Below are positions 26,561 to 34,148 of a stretch of DNA of 64,000 nucleotides, one piece after another; within the stretch, counting starts at the first letter, position 1, and each line of letters begins with the position of its first letter. Below the pieces are notes generated by a model that was not told the origin of the DNA, ran no database searches, and was given only the letters and a program-made list of their open reading frames with translations. Made by a program: the position numbers and the translations under genes. The DNA comes from Escherichia phage vB_EcoM_JNE01. The stretch is from the sequence record OR670491; one strand, 5' to 3'.

Positions 26561-26770
26561 ATGCTTACTGTACAGGATAAGATCGACATCTTAAAGGTTA
26601 ATATGTATGTGATTGATGCAGTACCTGGTAAAGTATTTGCATACGATGACAGTACTGTAAGCGATTTCTACTATAGCCAGGACGTGGGGGATCTTTCTGT
26701 ACAGTCGGTTATTGAAAACGTAGTTAATGCAGCGTATGAGCATTTACTTTCAAATAGTACTTGCAATTAG
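26561..26770 (+). CDS. hypothetical early protein
   Basis: ORF from track, closely following previous gene. Confidence 0.45.
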   Translation: MLTVQDKIDILKVNMYVIDAVPGKVFAYDDSTVSDFYYSQDVGDLSVQSVIENVVNAAYEHLLSNSTCN

Positions 26771-26839
26771 TTTTTAAACGCGTATAATGTTTTACATGAA
26801 GGGGAGAAATGATTCTCCCCACTAATTAAGGAATATGAA

Positions 26840-26986
26840 ATGAAAGCATCAAAAAAGAGTAATACTAAGAAAGCACGTTCAACCTTAGATGGGGTATTCC
26901 CTTTACGTTTCGTTGATGAAGTGGTGTCCTACCCGCCGGGCCTTACTCCTGAGATGGTAGAAAGTTTGCGTAAATCTAAAAAATAG
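26840..26986 (+). CDS. small basic hypothetical protein (48 aa)
   Basis: hand-translated ORF after promoter + ggggagaaatgattctcccc hairpin and AAGGAA RBS. Confidence 0.4.
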   Translation: MKASKKSNTKKARSTLDGVFPLRFVDEVVSYPPGLTPEMVESLRKSKK

Positions 26987-27067
26987 TACTTGCAATTAGT
27001 TTTTAGTACTGTATAATAGTTTACATGAAGGGGAGAAATGATTCTCCCCAATAACAGGAGAATCAAA

Positions 27068-27220
27068 ATGAAACAATACAACGCTCGGTTTGATGTTACT
27101 ATCGGTAACGGCAAAGGTCAATTCTCTTTCAGTACTCGCAAAAGTTATACAGAAAACTTCCTGCGTAATTGTGCACTGACCGCCGCTCAAATTAAACATT
27201 ACTTTCAGGCTAAAAAATGA
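27068..27220 (+). CDS. small hypothetical protein
   Basis: start MKQYNAR after promoter/hairpin and AGGAG RBS; track ORF begins upstream at 27038. Confidence 0.5.
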   Translation: MKQYNARFDVTIGNGKGQFSFSTRKSYTENFLRNCALTAAQIKHYFQAKK

Positions 27221-27306
27221 AAACATTAGCTTACTATAGTTCGGCCCTGGTCGGTGCATTGATCGCGGCGTTGTTAGTAACCTATCTATTCTTTATGGTG
27301 ATTTAA
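27217..27306 (+). CDS. small hydrophobic peptide (29 aa), possible membrane peptide
   Basis: hand-translated ORF MKTLAYYSSALVGALIAALLVTYLFFMVI; ATGA-coupled on both sides. Confidence 0.3.
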   Translation: MKTLAYYSSALVGALIAALLVTYLFFMVI

Positions 27307-27450
27307 ATGAATCCAACAGGTTTAAACTATAAAAGTTGTTCGGCGTTTACGAAAGCAAATAAAGCGAATGCACGTAAAGCGAAAGTACAAGAATACATCA
27401 AGCAAGGCATGACGCGAAAGGCGGCGATTCTAAAAGCTAAAAATAAATGA
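27307..27450 (+). CDS. small lysine-rich basic protein (47 aa)
   Basis: hand-translated ORF coupled to upstream peptide. Confidence 0.3.
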   Translation: MNPTGLNYKSCSAFTKANKANARKAKVQEYIKQGMTRKAAILKAKNK

Positions 27451-27560
27451 AAAAAGTGGTTGACTCCGGTCAGCCATTTTGCTATTATATATTCATTGAG
27501 AGATAGCTCACTAGCCCACAGGGTGCATAAGTGTATCTATTATATGAGTATTGAGTACTG
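27451..27560 (+). promoter_or_regulatory. repeat module: hairpin with embedded TTGACT -35, TATTAT -10, CCCACAGGGTGC box
   Basis: one of four full copies (also about 31468-31575, 34741-34850, 37487-37625). Confidence 0.5.
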
Positions 27561-27671
27561 AAAACTATTTTAAAAGTATTTGTAGAAAGTACTTGCAAAC
27601 TATCTCAATAAGCGTATAATGTTTTACATCGAAAGGGGAAACGGTTTCCCCTGATAATAAGGAAACAAATC

Positions 27672-28013
27672 ATGACTATCTCAATTGCTCAATCTAACTT
27701 TGAAAACGAAATCATCGCCCAGGCACTGCGTTTAAATGATGGTCGGGCCGAAATTAATTACGGTTTCAATTCAGGCGGTTGTGAAAAATATCAGTACTTT
27801 GTAACGGCTGATGGCGGTGTCCTGGGTATCAATACAGTTATTGTAAACATCCAAAAAATTAATTTCAATGATCCAGACGATAGCCAGTTTTACATCACTG
27901 GCGTAGACGTGAACTATGAGGATGACTCACTAACTGATGATCACACTGGTGAGAAGTTAGAGAGTGCATACGGTGAAGATGATTATCAGTCAGTACCGGA
28001 AGATTTTGAATAA
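27672..28013 (+). CDS. hypothetical acidic protein
   Basis: ORF from track after promoter + aggggaaacggtttcccct hairpin; acidic C-terminal third. Confidence 0.55.
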   Translation: MTISIAQSNFENEIIAQALRLNDGRAEINYGFNSGGCEKYQYFVTADGGVLGINTVIVNIQKINFNDPDDSQFYITGVDVNYEDDSLTDDHTGEKLESAYGEDDYQSVPEDFE

Positions 28014-28027
28014 TATTAAAAAAATAG

Positions 28028-28086
28028 TTTGACAATAGATTATAGTACTGTATAATAGTTTACATCAAGGGGAGAAAAACTTCTCC
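28028..28086 (+). promoter_or_regulatory. early promoter (TTGACA-N16-TATAAT) + 5' stem-loop (ggggagaaaaacttctcccc)
   Basis: read directly. Confidence 0.6.
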
Positions 28087-28110
28087 CCACTAACAGAGAG
28101 AGAAAACAAA

Positions 28111-28323
28111 ATGGCTAATATCTGCACTGTACTGAAAAATGCAAAACAAGTTTTATTTTCTGATCACGATCATTTAAACAAGGATATTACTGGCGTTCGG
28201 AATATCAAAGATGTAAAAAGTGTTATGGGTATCTATTGCAATATGAAACGTGTTGGAACGTTCGGCGACAAAGTACTATACCAGGCAGGGGATTACAATT
28301 TTACACTGACTATCATTAACTAA
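28111..28323 (+). CDS. hypothetical early protein
   Basis: ORF from track. Confidence 0.55.
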   Translation: MANICTVLKNAKQVLFSDHDHLNKDITGVRNIKDVKSVMGIYCNMKRVGTFGDKVLYQAGDYNFTLTIIN

Positions 28324-28415
28324 AAATATATTACCAGTACTATTAAATCTATTGACAACGTTTGATAGTACTGACATAATAACTTTTATCAACTACACTA
28401 CTAAGGAATTAAAAA

Positions 28416-28595
28416 ATGGCTATCATCGCAAAAACTGAAATCGTTGGTCTGGATTCTATCATCATGACGTTTGAAGATCAAAAAGGTATGTATGTAGTTT
28501 CATATGGTGATTATGTTCGGGAGTATGAAACGGTAGACGAAGCCTTTGAAAGTTATATTCGCCAGGTGAATAAAGCATACGACGACTACCGCTAA
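28416..28595 (+). CDS. small hypothetical protein (59 aa)
   Basis: hand-translated ORF after ttgacaacgtttgatagtactgacataat promoter and AAGGAA RBS. Confidence 0.45.
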   Translation: MAIIAKTEIVGLDSIIMTFEDQKGMYVVSYGDYVREYETVDEAFESYIRQVNKAYDDYR

Positions 28596-28685
28596 AATAT
28601 ATTACCAGTGCTATTGACAAAGTTTGATAGTACTGTATAATAAGTTTTATAAACAGTAGTTAACTTAACCTAAGAGAGAAATAAA

Positions 28686-28829
28686 ATGATCGCACTGGAT
28701 TCATTCATCGACGCAGTACTGGCAAAAACTGGCGAGGATCTGACCGCAGAACAATACGCGATGATCGAGCAATGTCAGCAAAACGGTAAATCGGTGAAAG
28801 ATACTGTTAAGATTATCCGCAAGATGTAA
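28686..28829 (+). CDS. small hypothetical protein (47 aa)
   Basis: hand-translated ORF after ttgacaaagtttgatagtactgtataat promoter. Confidence 0.45.
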   Translation: MIALDSFIDAVLAKTGEDLTAEQYAMIEQCQQNGKSVKDTVKIIRKM

Positions 28830-28836
28830 GATTATA

Positions 28837-28866
28837 GCCCACTGGTTAACGCTGGTGGGCTTTAAT
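28837..28866 (+). terminator. hairpin terminator containing a Chi octamer
   Basis: gcccac-tggttaacgctg-gtgggc then TTTAATCCTTT; GCTGGTGG lies in the loop/3' arm. Confidence 0.45.
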
Positions 28867-28928
28867 CCTTTACCCTATACAATGCCAGTACTCAACCGTT
28901 TATCTCGTTAGAATGCGTTACAGGACGT

Positions 28929-29132
28929 TTGACAATGATTAGCATGAAATCAGTACAAAAACAAATAGAAACATTATCAAAAATTAAACGTAAACAGTAC
29001 TCGTTAGAATATACAATCAATGGTAACTATCATCTAATGAAAGAGAATAATTTTATCGTCATTGATGAATCATTGCAAGTTATTAGTATAGTACTGAAAG
29101 CATTAATCAATGACAGAAAAAAATTAAAATAA
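28929..29132 (+). CDS. hypothetical protein (uncertain start)
   Basis: track ORF with TTG start and no clear RBS. Confidence 0.3.
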   Translation: MTMISMKSVQKQIETLSKIKRKQYSLEYTINGNYHLMKENNFIVIDESLQVISIVLKALINDRKKLK

Positions 29133-29136
29133 TCTA

Positions 29137-29165
29137 TTGACAATATCCTCCAGTACTGGCATAAT
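29137..29165 (+). promoter_or_regulatory. promoter (TTGACA-N17-CATAAT) heading a long leader with CCCATAGGGTGC box
   Basis: ttgacaatatcctccagtactggcataat; about 300-nt leader before gene 29462. Confidence 0.55.
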
Positions 29166-29221
29166 ACTTACATCAAGACGAGAACGTCGCTAACCCATAG
29201 GGTGCACAAATGTAACTATAT

Positions 29222-29300
29222 AATATCGATCAATAAATGATCAAAAAAGTACTGGATCAATTTAGCATAAGGCGTATAATTCTGATCAATTCTTGATCAA
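29222..29300. promoter_or_regulatory. cluster of five GATC sites (tgatcaa-type repeats) around a TATAAT element upstream of the TraR/DksA-like gene
   Basis: GATC at about 29228, 29239, 29255, 29284, 29295, as cgatcaat / tgatcaaa / ggatcaat / tgatcaat / tgatcaaa. Confidence 0.5.
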
Positions 29301-29461
29301 AGGCAATATACGCAGTTGAATTTATATAGACAGTACAAAGGCGTTACTATCCGTGGTAATGCTGGTGGATATGTAGTATCATATGGTTTGAATAAGATAA
29401 ACACTAGTAGTATTATTGTAGCATTACAGTACTATAGTATTTTTATAATGAGGTTAAAATA

Positions 29462-29719
29462 ATGGCAGTAGGATACGCGAAAGACGGGGCCGAACAAGAC
29501 GAGATTCACGCAGTGATTCAGGCCGCCGTTAACCACGCTAGAAAGCAAATTAACGCACAAAGAGAATCACTGGTACATTGCCTCGACTGCGGCGATAAAA
29601 TCCCTGAGAATCGACGCCAGGCCGTTATAGGGTGCATGTATTGTATTACTTGCCAGGAGGATCATGATAGTACTTTTAAAAGAGATCCGCGTAATTGTTG
29701 GCATAGATCTATGAGATAA
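29462..29719 (+). CDS. TraR/DksA-family C4 zinc-finger protein (putative RNA polymerase-binding regulator)
   Basis: CLDCGDKIPENRRQAVIGCMYCITCQ matches the TraR/DksA zinc-finger pattern CxxC...IPxxR...CxxCQ; 85 aa; GAGG RBS. Confidence 0.65.
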   Translation: MAVGYAKDGAEQDEIHAVIQAAVNHARKQINAQRESLVHCLDCGDKIPENRRQAVIGCMYCITCQEDHDSTFKRDPRNCWHRSMR

Positions 29720-29725
29720 AAAGTA

Positions 29726-29753
29726 TTGACAGTACTGAAAGATAGTGTATAAT
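29726..29753 (+). promoter_or_regulatory. early promoter (TTGACA-N16-TATAAT)
   Basis: ttgacagtactgaaagatagtgtataat. Confidence 0.6.
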
Positions 29754-29782
29754 GTTTTATATCTTAACTGAGGATAGTAATC

Positions 29783-30139
29783 ATGGGAATACAACATATC
29801 ACGCGTACTACTGACAATGGCGAGATCACTGGTTATCAGGTACAGGGCAAAGTAGCACAATTGCAGTACTGGTTTGTTAAACGTGGAATCATTGCACCGG
29901 ATCTTGATTATGACCGTGTAGCGTTTATTGATTCTCTTTATGTTGATCCTGATAGTCGGGGCAATGGTGAAGGTAACGAATTAATGAATGCCTTTATTGA
30001 TGCCGCCGATGATTCAGATTGTATCATCTTAGAATGCGATACGGGAGAAGATAACGCCTTTAATCTTAAAGAATGGTACGAAGGTTTCGGATTCGAGGTA
30101 CTGATCGATAGTGAATATCCTATCATGATTTTATCATAG
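29783..30139 (+). CDS. hypothetical early protein
   Basis: ORF from track with GAGGA RBS. Confidence 0.55.
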   Translation: MGIQHITRTTDNGEITGYQVQGKVAQLQYWFVKRGIIAPDLDYDRVAFIDSLYVDPDSRGNGEGNELMNAFIDAADDSDCIILECDTGEDNAFNLKEWYEGFGFEVLIDSEYPIMILS

Positions 30140-30217
30140 TACTTGCATTTAGTTTTCAGTACTGTTATAGTACTTGCATCAAGGGGAAACATCTTCCCCT
30201 ACTAAGAGGAAATAAAA

Positions 30218-30406
30218 ATGGAAAACTTATCAAGTATTTTAGTACAAGATGATTTCGGTAATCCTGGAAGTGCTATCATTGTTCGGGGCAATAAAGCAAC
30301 GTTTGTTATTGCTGGTGGACCCGTACAGCGTAGCATTAAAAATAATGCTGTTACCATTAATAATGTACGCTATCGCTTAGATAAAGAATTAATTCATAAA
30401 CTGTAA
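30218..30406 (+). CDS. small hypothetical protein
   Basis: ORF after promoter + aggggaaacatcttcccct hairpin. Confidence 0.5.
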   Translation: MENLSSILVQDDFGNPGSAIIVRGNKATFVIAGGPVQRSIKNNAVTINNVRYRLDKELIHKL

Positions 30407-30433
30407 TATTAATTTAATAGAGGATAACAATAA

Positions 30434-30757
30434 ATGTACATTCATACTACTATCACAAAGGAAGTCCGTTGCCAGTTCGAAAGTATTCCGGGCGTATGTT
30501 TCATCACTGGTACGTTTTCCCCTGGTGATCGTGATAATCCAGTACTGTTACAATTACGCCATCCATCATGGGATAAAGCATTTGATCTACCGTTGAATGA
30601 ATTCGCAACTACTGCTGAAAAGTACATTAAAAATATTCGCGAGAATGATCGACTATTCATTAATGCTTTTAGTGATGCCGCGTTAAGTGAGATCCATGCT
30701 GTATTGGTTGCAATCATGGAATCAATGGAGAAAACTATATTCAAACAAGGTGAATAA
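30434..30757 (+). CDS. hypothetical early protein
   Basis: ORF from track with GAGGA RBS. Confidence 0.55.
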   Translation: MYIHTTITKEVRCQFESIPGVCFITGTFSPGDRDNPVLLQLRHPSWDKAFDLPLNEFATTAEKYIKNIRENDRLFINAFSDAALSEIHAVLVAIMESMEKTIFKQGE

Positions 30758-30763
30758 AAACTA

Positions 30764-30822
30764 TTGACAATGCAATCCAGTACTGTATAATAGTTTACAT
30801 GAAGGAGAGAAATGATTCTCCC
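30764..30822 (+). promoter_or_regulatory. early promoter (TTGACA-N16-TATAAT) + 5' stem-loop (gagagaaatgattctc)
   Basis: read directly. Confidence 0.6.
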
Positions 30823-30840
30823 CACTAAGAGGAAAGAAAA

Positions 30841-31053
30841 ATGCAAGGTCAACTAATCGTTCGTAAATGGTCTGATACTAACGAAAAACCGTGGGATGTA
30901 CAATACATCGCCCCAAATGGTGAATCCAGATATCAACCAGGTGTAACGCATAGTACTGAGCAATTCGCCGCCGCTCATCGCGAACGTCTGTTACAATCAA
31001 TGCAGCAAGGTTCCGGTGAAAAATTCATTCAGGATCATTGGCTGAAAGATTAA
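30841..31053 (+). CDS. hypothetical early protein
   Basis: ORF from track. Confidence 0.55.
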   Translation: MQGQLIVRKWSDTNEKPWDVQYIAPNGESRYQPGVTHSTEQFAAAHRERLLQSMQQGSGEKFIQDHWLKD

Positions 31054-31139
31054 AAAGTACTTGCACAGTACTGAATAAAGTGTATAATGTTTTATATCGG
31101 AAGGGGAATAGTTCCCCTCCGAACAAAGAGGAAAGTATA

Positions 31140-31313
31140 ATGGTCCAGGTAGAATTAACAGTACTGAAAGATCTGTTTTATCGGATTGGTACTACTGGCG
31201 AATATCCGAAGGGTGATAATGCAAAACTTTACGTATCACTCGACTTATGGCAACGCGAACAATTAGCAACGGCCTGGCGTAAAGGCAAAGCAGATAGCGA
31301 GGTGAAAGCATGA
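31140..31313 (+). CDS. small hypothetical protein
   Basis: track ORF 31038..31313 begins with TTG inside promoter; ATG MVQVELT after AGAGGAAAG RBS at 31140. Confidence 0.5.
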   Translation: MVQVELTVLKDLFYRIGTTGEYPKGDNAKLYVSLDLWQREQLATAWRKGKADSEVKA

Positions 31314-31459
31314 AAGAATTCTTATTTGAAGTAGTGTTTCAAGGTGTCGGTAATAACCAACTGATTCGATCAAGTGGTTATAATGTTAACCAGGCATGGA
31401 ATAACATTAAACAAATGTACCCGAACGCTATCACATATCGCAACCCGAAAGAAGTTTAA
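31310..31459 (+). CDS. small hypothetical protein (49 aa)
   Basis: hand-translated ORF, ATGA-coupled to upstream gene. Confidence 0.35.
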   Translation: MKEFLFEVVFQGVGNNQLIRSSGYNVNQAWNNIKQMYPNAITYRNPKEV

Positions 31460-31467
31460 AAATAATT

Positions 31468-31575
31468 GAAAAAGGGATTGACTCCGGTCAGTCCCTTTGT
31501 TATTATATACGCATAGAAACAAATTAGCCCACCGGGTGCATAAATGTATCTATTGTTTGCTGGTGGCTAGTACTG
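31468..31575 (+). promoter_or_regulatory. repeat module: hairpin gggattgactccggtcagtccc with embedded -35, TATTAT -10, CCCACCGGGTGC box, Chi octamer
   Basis: copy of the 27451-27560 module; GCTGGTGG at about 31559. Confidence 0.5.
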
Positions 31576-31631
31576 AAAACTATTTTTAAAAAGTACTTGC
31601 ATTGTACTTAGAATCAAGTATAATGTTTTAC

Positions 31632-31760
31632 ATCAGGACGGGGAACGAAATAAGTAACCCCGTTAAGTAGTCCAGGAGTAAGACATACGAAAAACTCCCC
31701 TGATAAAATAGTTTGACAATAGAAAGTAAACGAGTATAATACTTACATCAACCACTGATA
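31632..31760 (+). promoter_or_regulatory. conserved about 90-nt leader between tandem promoters (copy of 21228-21345)
   Basis: caggacggggaacgaaataagtaaccccgttaagtagtccaggagtaagacatacgaaaaactcccctgataaaatagtttgacaa. Confidence 0.5.
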
Positions 31761-31773
31761 AGGAAACATAAAA

Positions 31774-32049
31774 ATGCGGATTCTACTGACAGCTAACGAA
31801 ATCGAACAAGTACTGACTACTAATCTGGAACAATGGAAACGTGAAGCAGATATCCAGGCGGTTCAATGCCTTAACGATAAGTTAACGCCAGATGACTTAA
31901 GCACGATTGTTGATCCACAATTTTATGAAGATATTCACGACACGTCTTTAAGCGTCGAGGATGTACTTGATAAGCACTACATTGATACTGATTTACATGT
32001 TTACGGTCGTAAAAACTTTATCACTATTCACGACATTTACAATACTTAA
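31774..32049 (+). CDS. hypothetical early protein
   Basis: ORF from track. Confidence 0.55.
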   Translation: MRILLTANEIEQVLTTNLEQWKREADIQAVQCLNDKLTPDDLSTIVDPQFYEDIHDTSLSVEDVLDKHYIDTDLHVYGRKNFITIHDIYNT

Positions 32050-32052
32050 GTA

Positions 32053-32110
32053 TTGACAAAGTATCTTAGTACTGTATAATAGTTTACATCAAGGGGGGGA
32101 ATGGTTCCCC
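32053..32110 (+). promoter_or_regulatory. early promoter (TTGACA-N16-TATAAT) + 5' stem-loop; module duplicated at 32322-32380
   Basis: ttgacaaagtatcttagtactgtataatagtttacatcaaggggg...ggttcccctcc; duplicate differs only in G-run length. Confidence 0.6.
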
Positions 32111-32135
32111 TCCTAACTAAAAGAGAGAAATAAAA

Positions 32136-32318
32136 ATGGCTAAGTGCACTATCTGTAATAAAGAAATAGTATTAGTTCCAAGTGCCCGTGAACGTGCCGC
32201 TCGGTTCGGTGGCAAAGCGTCAGACTATACAAAAATGTTTACTACCCATACAGCTTGCCAGGTAGCAAAACGTTCACAAGAAAGCGTAGAATTAATGCGT
32301 AAACTTTCCAAAAAATAA
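32136..32318 (+). CDS. small cysteine-containing hypothetical protein
   Basis: ORF from track; CTICNK...HTACQ pattern. Confidence 0.5.
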   Translation: MAKCTICNKEIVLVPSARERAARFGGKASDYTKMFTTHTACQVAKRSQESVELMRKLSKK

Positions 32319-32321
32319 GTA

Positions 32322-32380
32322 TTGACAAAGTATCTTAGTACTGTATAATAGTTTACATCAAGGGGGGGGGAATGGTTCCC
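32322..32380 (+). promoter_or_regulatory. early promoter + 5' stem-loop (duplicate of 32053-32110)
   Basis: read directly. Confidence 0.6.
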
Positions 32381-32406
32381 CTCCTAACAAAGAGAGAGAA
32401 ATAAAA

Positions 32407-32730
32407 ATGGCTATGATCCTTACCCAGAAAGTAGAACTGAAAATTGTAACCTCCTTTGACATTAAAGTTAATCGGTGGACTGATAGCCACGGCAATACTT
32501 ACCACTCCTGCTACGTGTCCGCATTGATTGGTGATCGCTGGGAAGACCTGGGACACGAAACCTTTACATACGGTTACGGCACACAAGGCGAGTACACGGG
32601 TTTAGAAATCATTAAGGAAACTGTAATAGGTTTCAACCCGAAAGAGAAAGTACTACACAGAATTGAGAAAGAGATCAACAAAGAAATTACAGTTCGCTAC
32701 TACGATGTAAAACGTAAGAAAGACATGTAA
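32407..32730 (+). CDS. hypothetical early protein (paralogue of 25558..25881)
   Basis: conserved block shared with 25558..25881. Confidence 0.6.
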   Translation: MAMILTQKVELKIVTSFDIKVNRWTDSHGNTYHSCYVSALIGDRWEDLGHETFTYGYGTQGEYTGLEIIKETVIGFNPKEKVLHRIEKEINKEITVRYYDVKRKKDM

Positions 32731-32829
32731 TAGAATCCATTTAAAGTACTATTTGACATTGCCCAGATAGTACTTTATAATAGACTCTAACTTGTAGTAC
32801 TAATTAACTTAACTAATAGGATGTACACC

Positions 32830-33225
32830 ATGATTACTAAATTCTTCGCTACCCGTGAACAAGCTCGCATCGTTGCCCGTGAGGAAGGTGAAACATTTAA
32901 AGACATGGGTAAAGATTCTCCTACTGGTAAACGCTGGGCGGTACAGTTCAAAGAGATCTCTGATATTGTGAATTCACCTGAGCCTGTACTTACAGCAGCA
33001 GAACTAAAGCAAGCTCAAGAACTGGCTGAAGTACTGAACGCTCAAGATGACTTCTTGAAAGGTTCTGATATTGAAGTTACAGTTAACGCAAATGCATGGA
33101 CTCACGCGGATCACCTGGCAAACCTTAAGCGTCCAAGTGAACTGATTCGTAACCAGAAAGAGATCCGTCATGACCGTAAAGGAAACCGTGTTACCGTATA
33201 CAGTAAACGCCGCCAGGTTATCTAA
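32830..33225 (+). CDS. hypothetical early protein (paralogue of 20361..20627)
   Basis: conserved FATREQAR / GKRWA / RKGNRVTVY blocks; start may instead be 32821. Confidence 0.5.
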   Translation: MITKFFATREQARIVAREEGETFKDMGKDSPTGKRWAVQFKEISDIVNSPEPVLTAAELKQAQELAEVLNAQDDFLKGSDIEVTVNANAWTHADHLANLKRPSELIRNQKEIRHDRKGNRVTVYSKRRQVI

Positions 33226-33289
33226 TACCTTGCAGTACTAACCAACACGGCGGGAAGACAGTTCCCGCCTTTTTTATAGGACAAACAAA

Positions 33290-33544
33290 ATGATTAAGGT
33301 TCAACTATATAAAGATAACATCTTACGGGTACACTATAAAGCACCTCAGAGAATCATCACAAAGGCCGTACAGCTTGCTAATGAGTTTATTAATGGTAAC
33401 CTATTACCTAGGAAGTTAAGCAACGGGAAACTGCGTGTAATCGACGTGGACACTAACAACAGGATAGTAATCGAGAACACAGGAAAGATAAACCTTTATG
33501 AGCATCAACAATACAATAAGAAAATAAAACTAATATCACGTTGA
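33290..33544 (+). CDS. hypothetical early protein
   Basis: ORF from track. Confidence 0.5.
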   Translation: MIKVQLYKDNILRVHYKAPQRIITKAVQLANEFINGNLLPRKLSNGKLRVIDVDTNNRIVIENTGKINLYEHQQYNKKIKLISR

Positions 33545-33597
33545 CAGTACTCAATTGTTTTAGTACTATGTACACATACCAACACGGGAGAAACAAA

Positions 33598-33816
33598 ATG
33601 AAATTATCTAAAATCGAAAAGAAAACTATTGATGAAGCAGTTAAGCACGGTTATACCTTTCGTAATGATTCACATTTTACCAATTTTCAACAAGGGTATC
33701 GTACTATTAAAAAACTAATTGACAAAGGTTTATTAGTTGAAGTCAATAACGGTAACGGTATCGAGTATCAACCAACACAGGACGCATTTTATTTTAAGAA
33801 ATATAATATTATCTAA
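33598..33816 (+). CDS. hypothetical early protein
   Basis: start MKLSKIEKK after promoter ttgacagtactcaattgttttagtactat; track ORF 33541..33816 begins inside the promoter. Confidence 0.5.
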   Translation: MKLSKIEKKTIDEAVKHGYTFRNDSHFTNFQQGYRTIKKLIDKGLLVEVNNGNGIEYQPTQDAFYFKKYNII

Positions 33817-33874
33817 TTGACAGTACTCAAATGTTTTAGTACTATATGTACATACCAACACGGGGGGAAACAAA

Positions 33875-34117
33875 ATGATTACTTTAGAAAAACGTATCAA
33901 AGAAACTACATCGCTGGTGGAACTGTTAACAGTACTCAAATGTAAAACAGCACCATTCAGCACGCCGGACTTTATTAATATGGTTGATGTTAATGGTCGC
34001 TATCGTATCACGGTCGAACAAGGAGCGGCGAAAGTATTCAGTACTAAAAACACGAAGGAAGTGATCCACGCCGTTAATGTTAAAAAAGTAGTTGCCATTG
34101 ATAGTAAAGTACTGTAA
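33875..34117 (+). CDS. hypothetical early protein
   Basis: preceded by a near-identical copy of the 33541-33597 promoter/leader. Confidence 0.55.
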   Translation: MITLEKRIKETTSLVELLTVLKCKTAPFSTPDFINMVDVNGRYRITVEQGAAKVFSTKNTKEVIHAVNVKKVVAIDSKVL

Positions 34118-34148
34118 TATAGTTTCATTAACTCAAGGAGATCATGCA

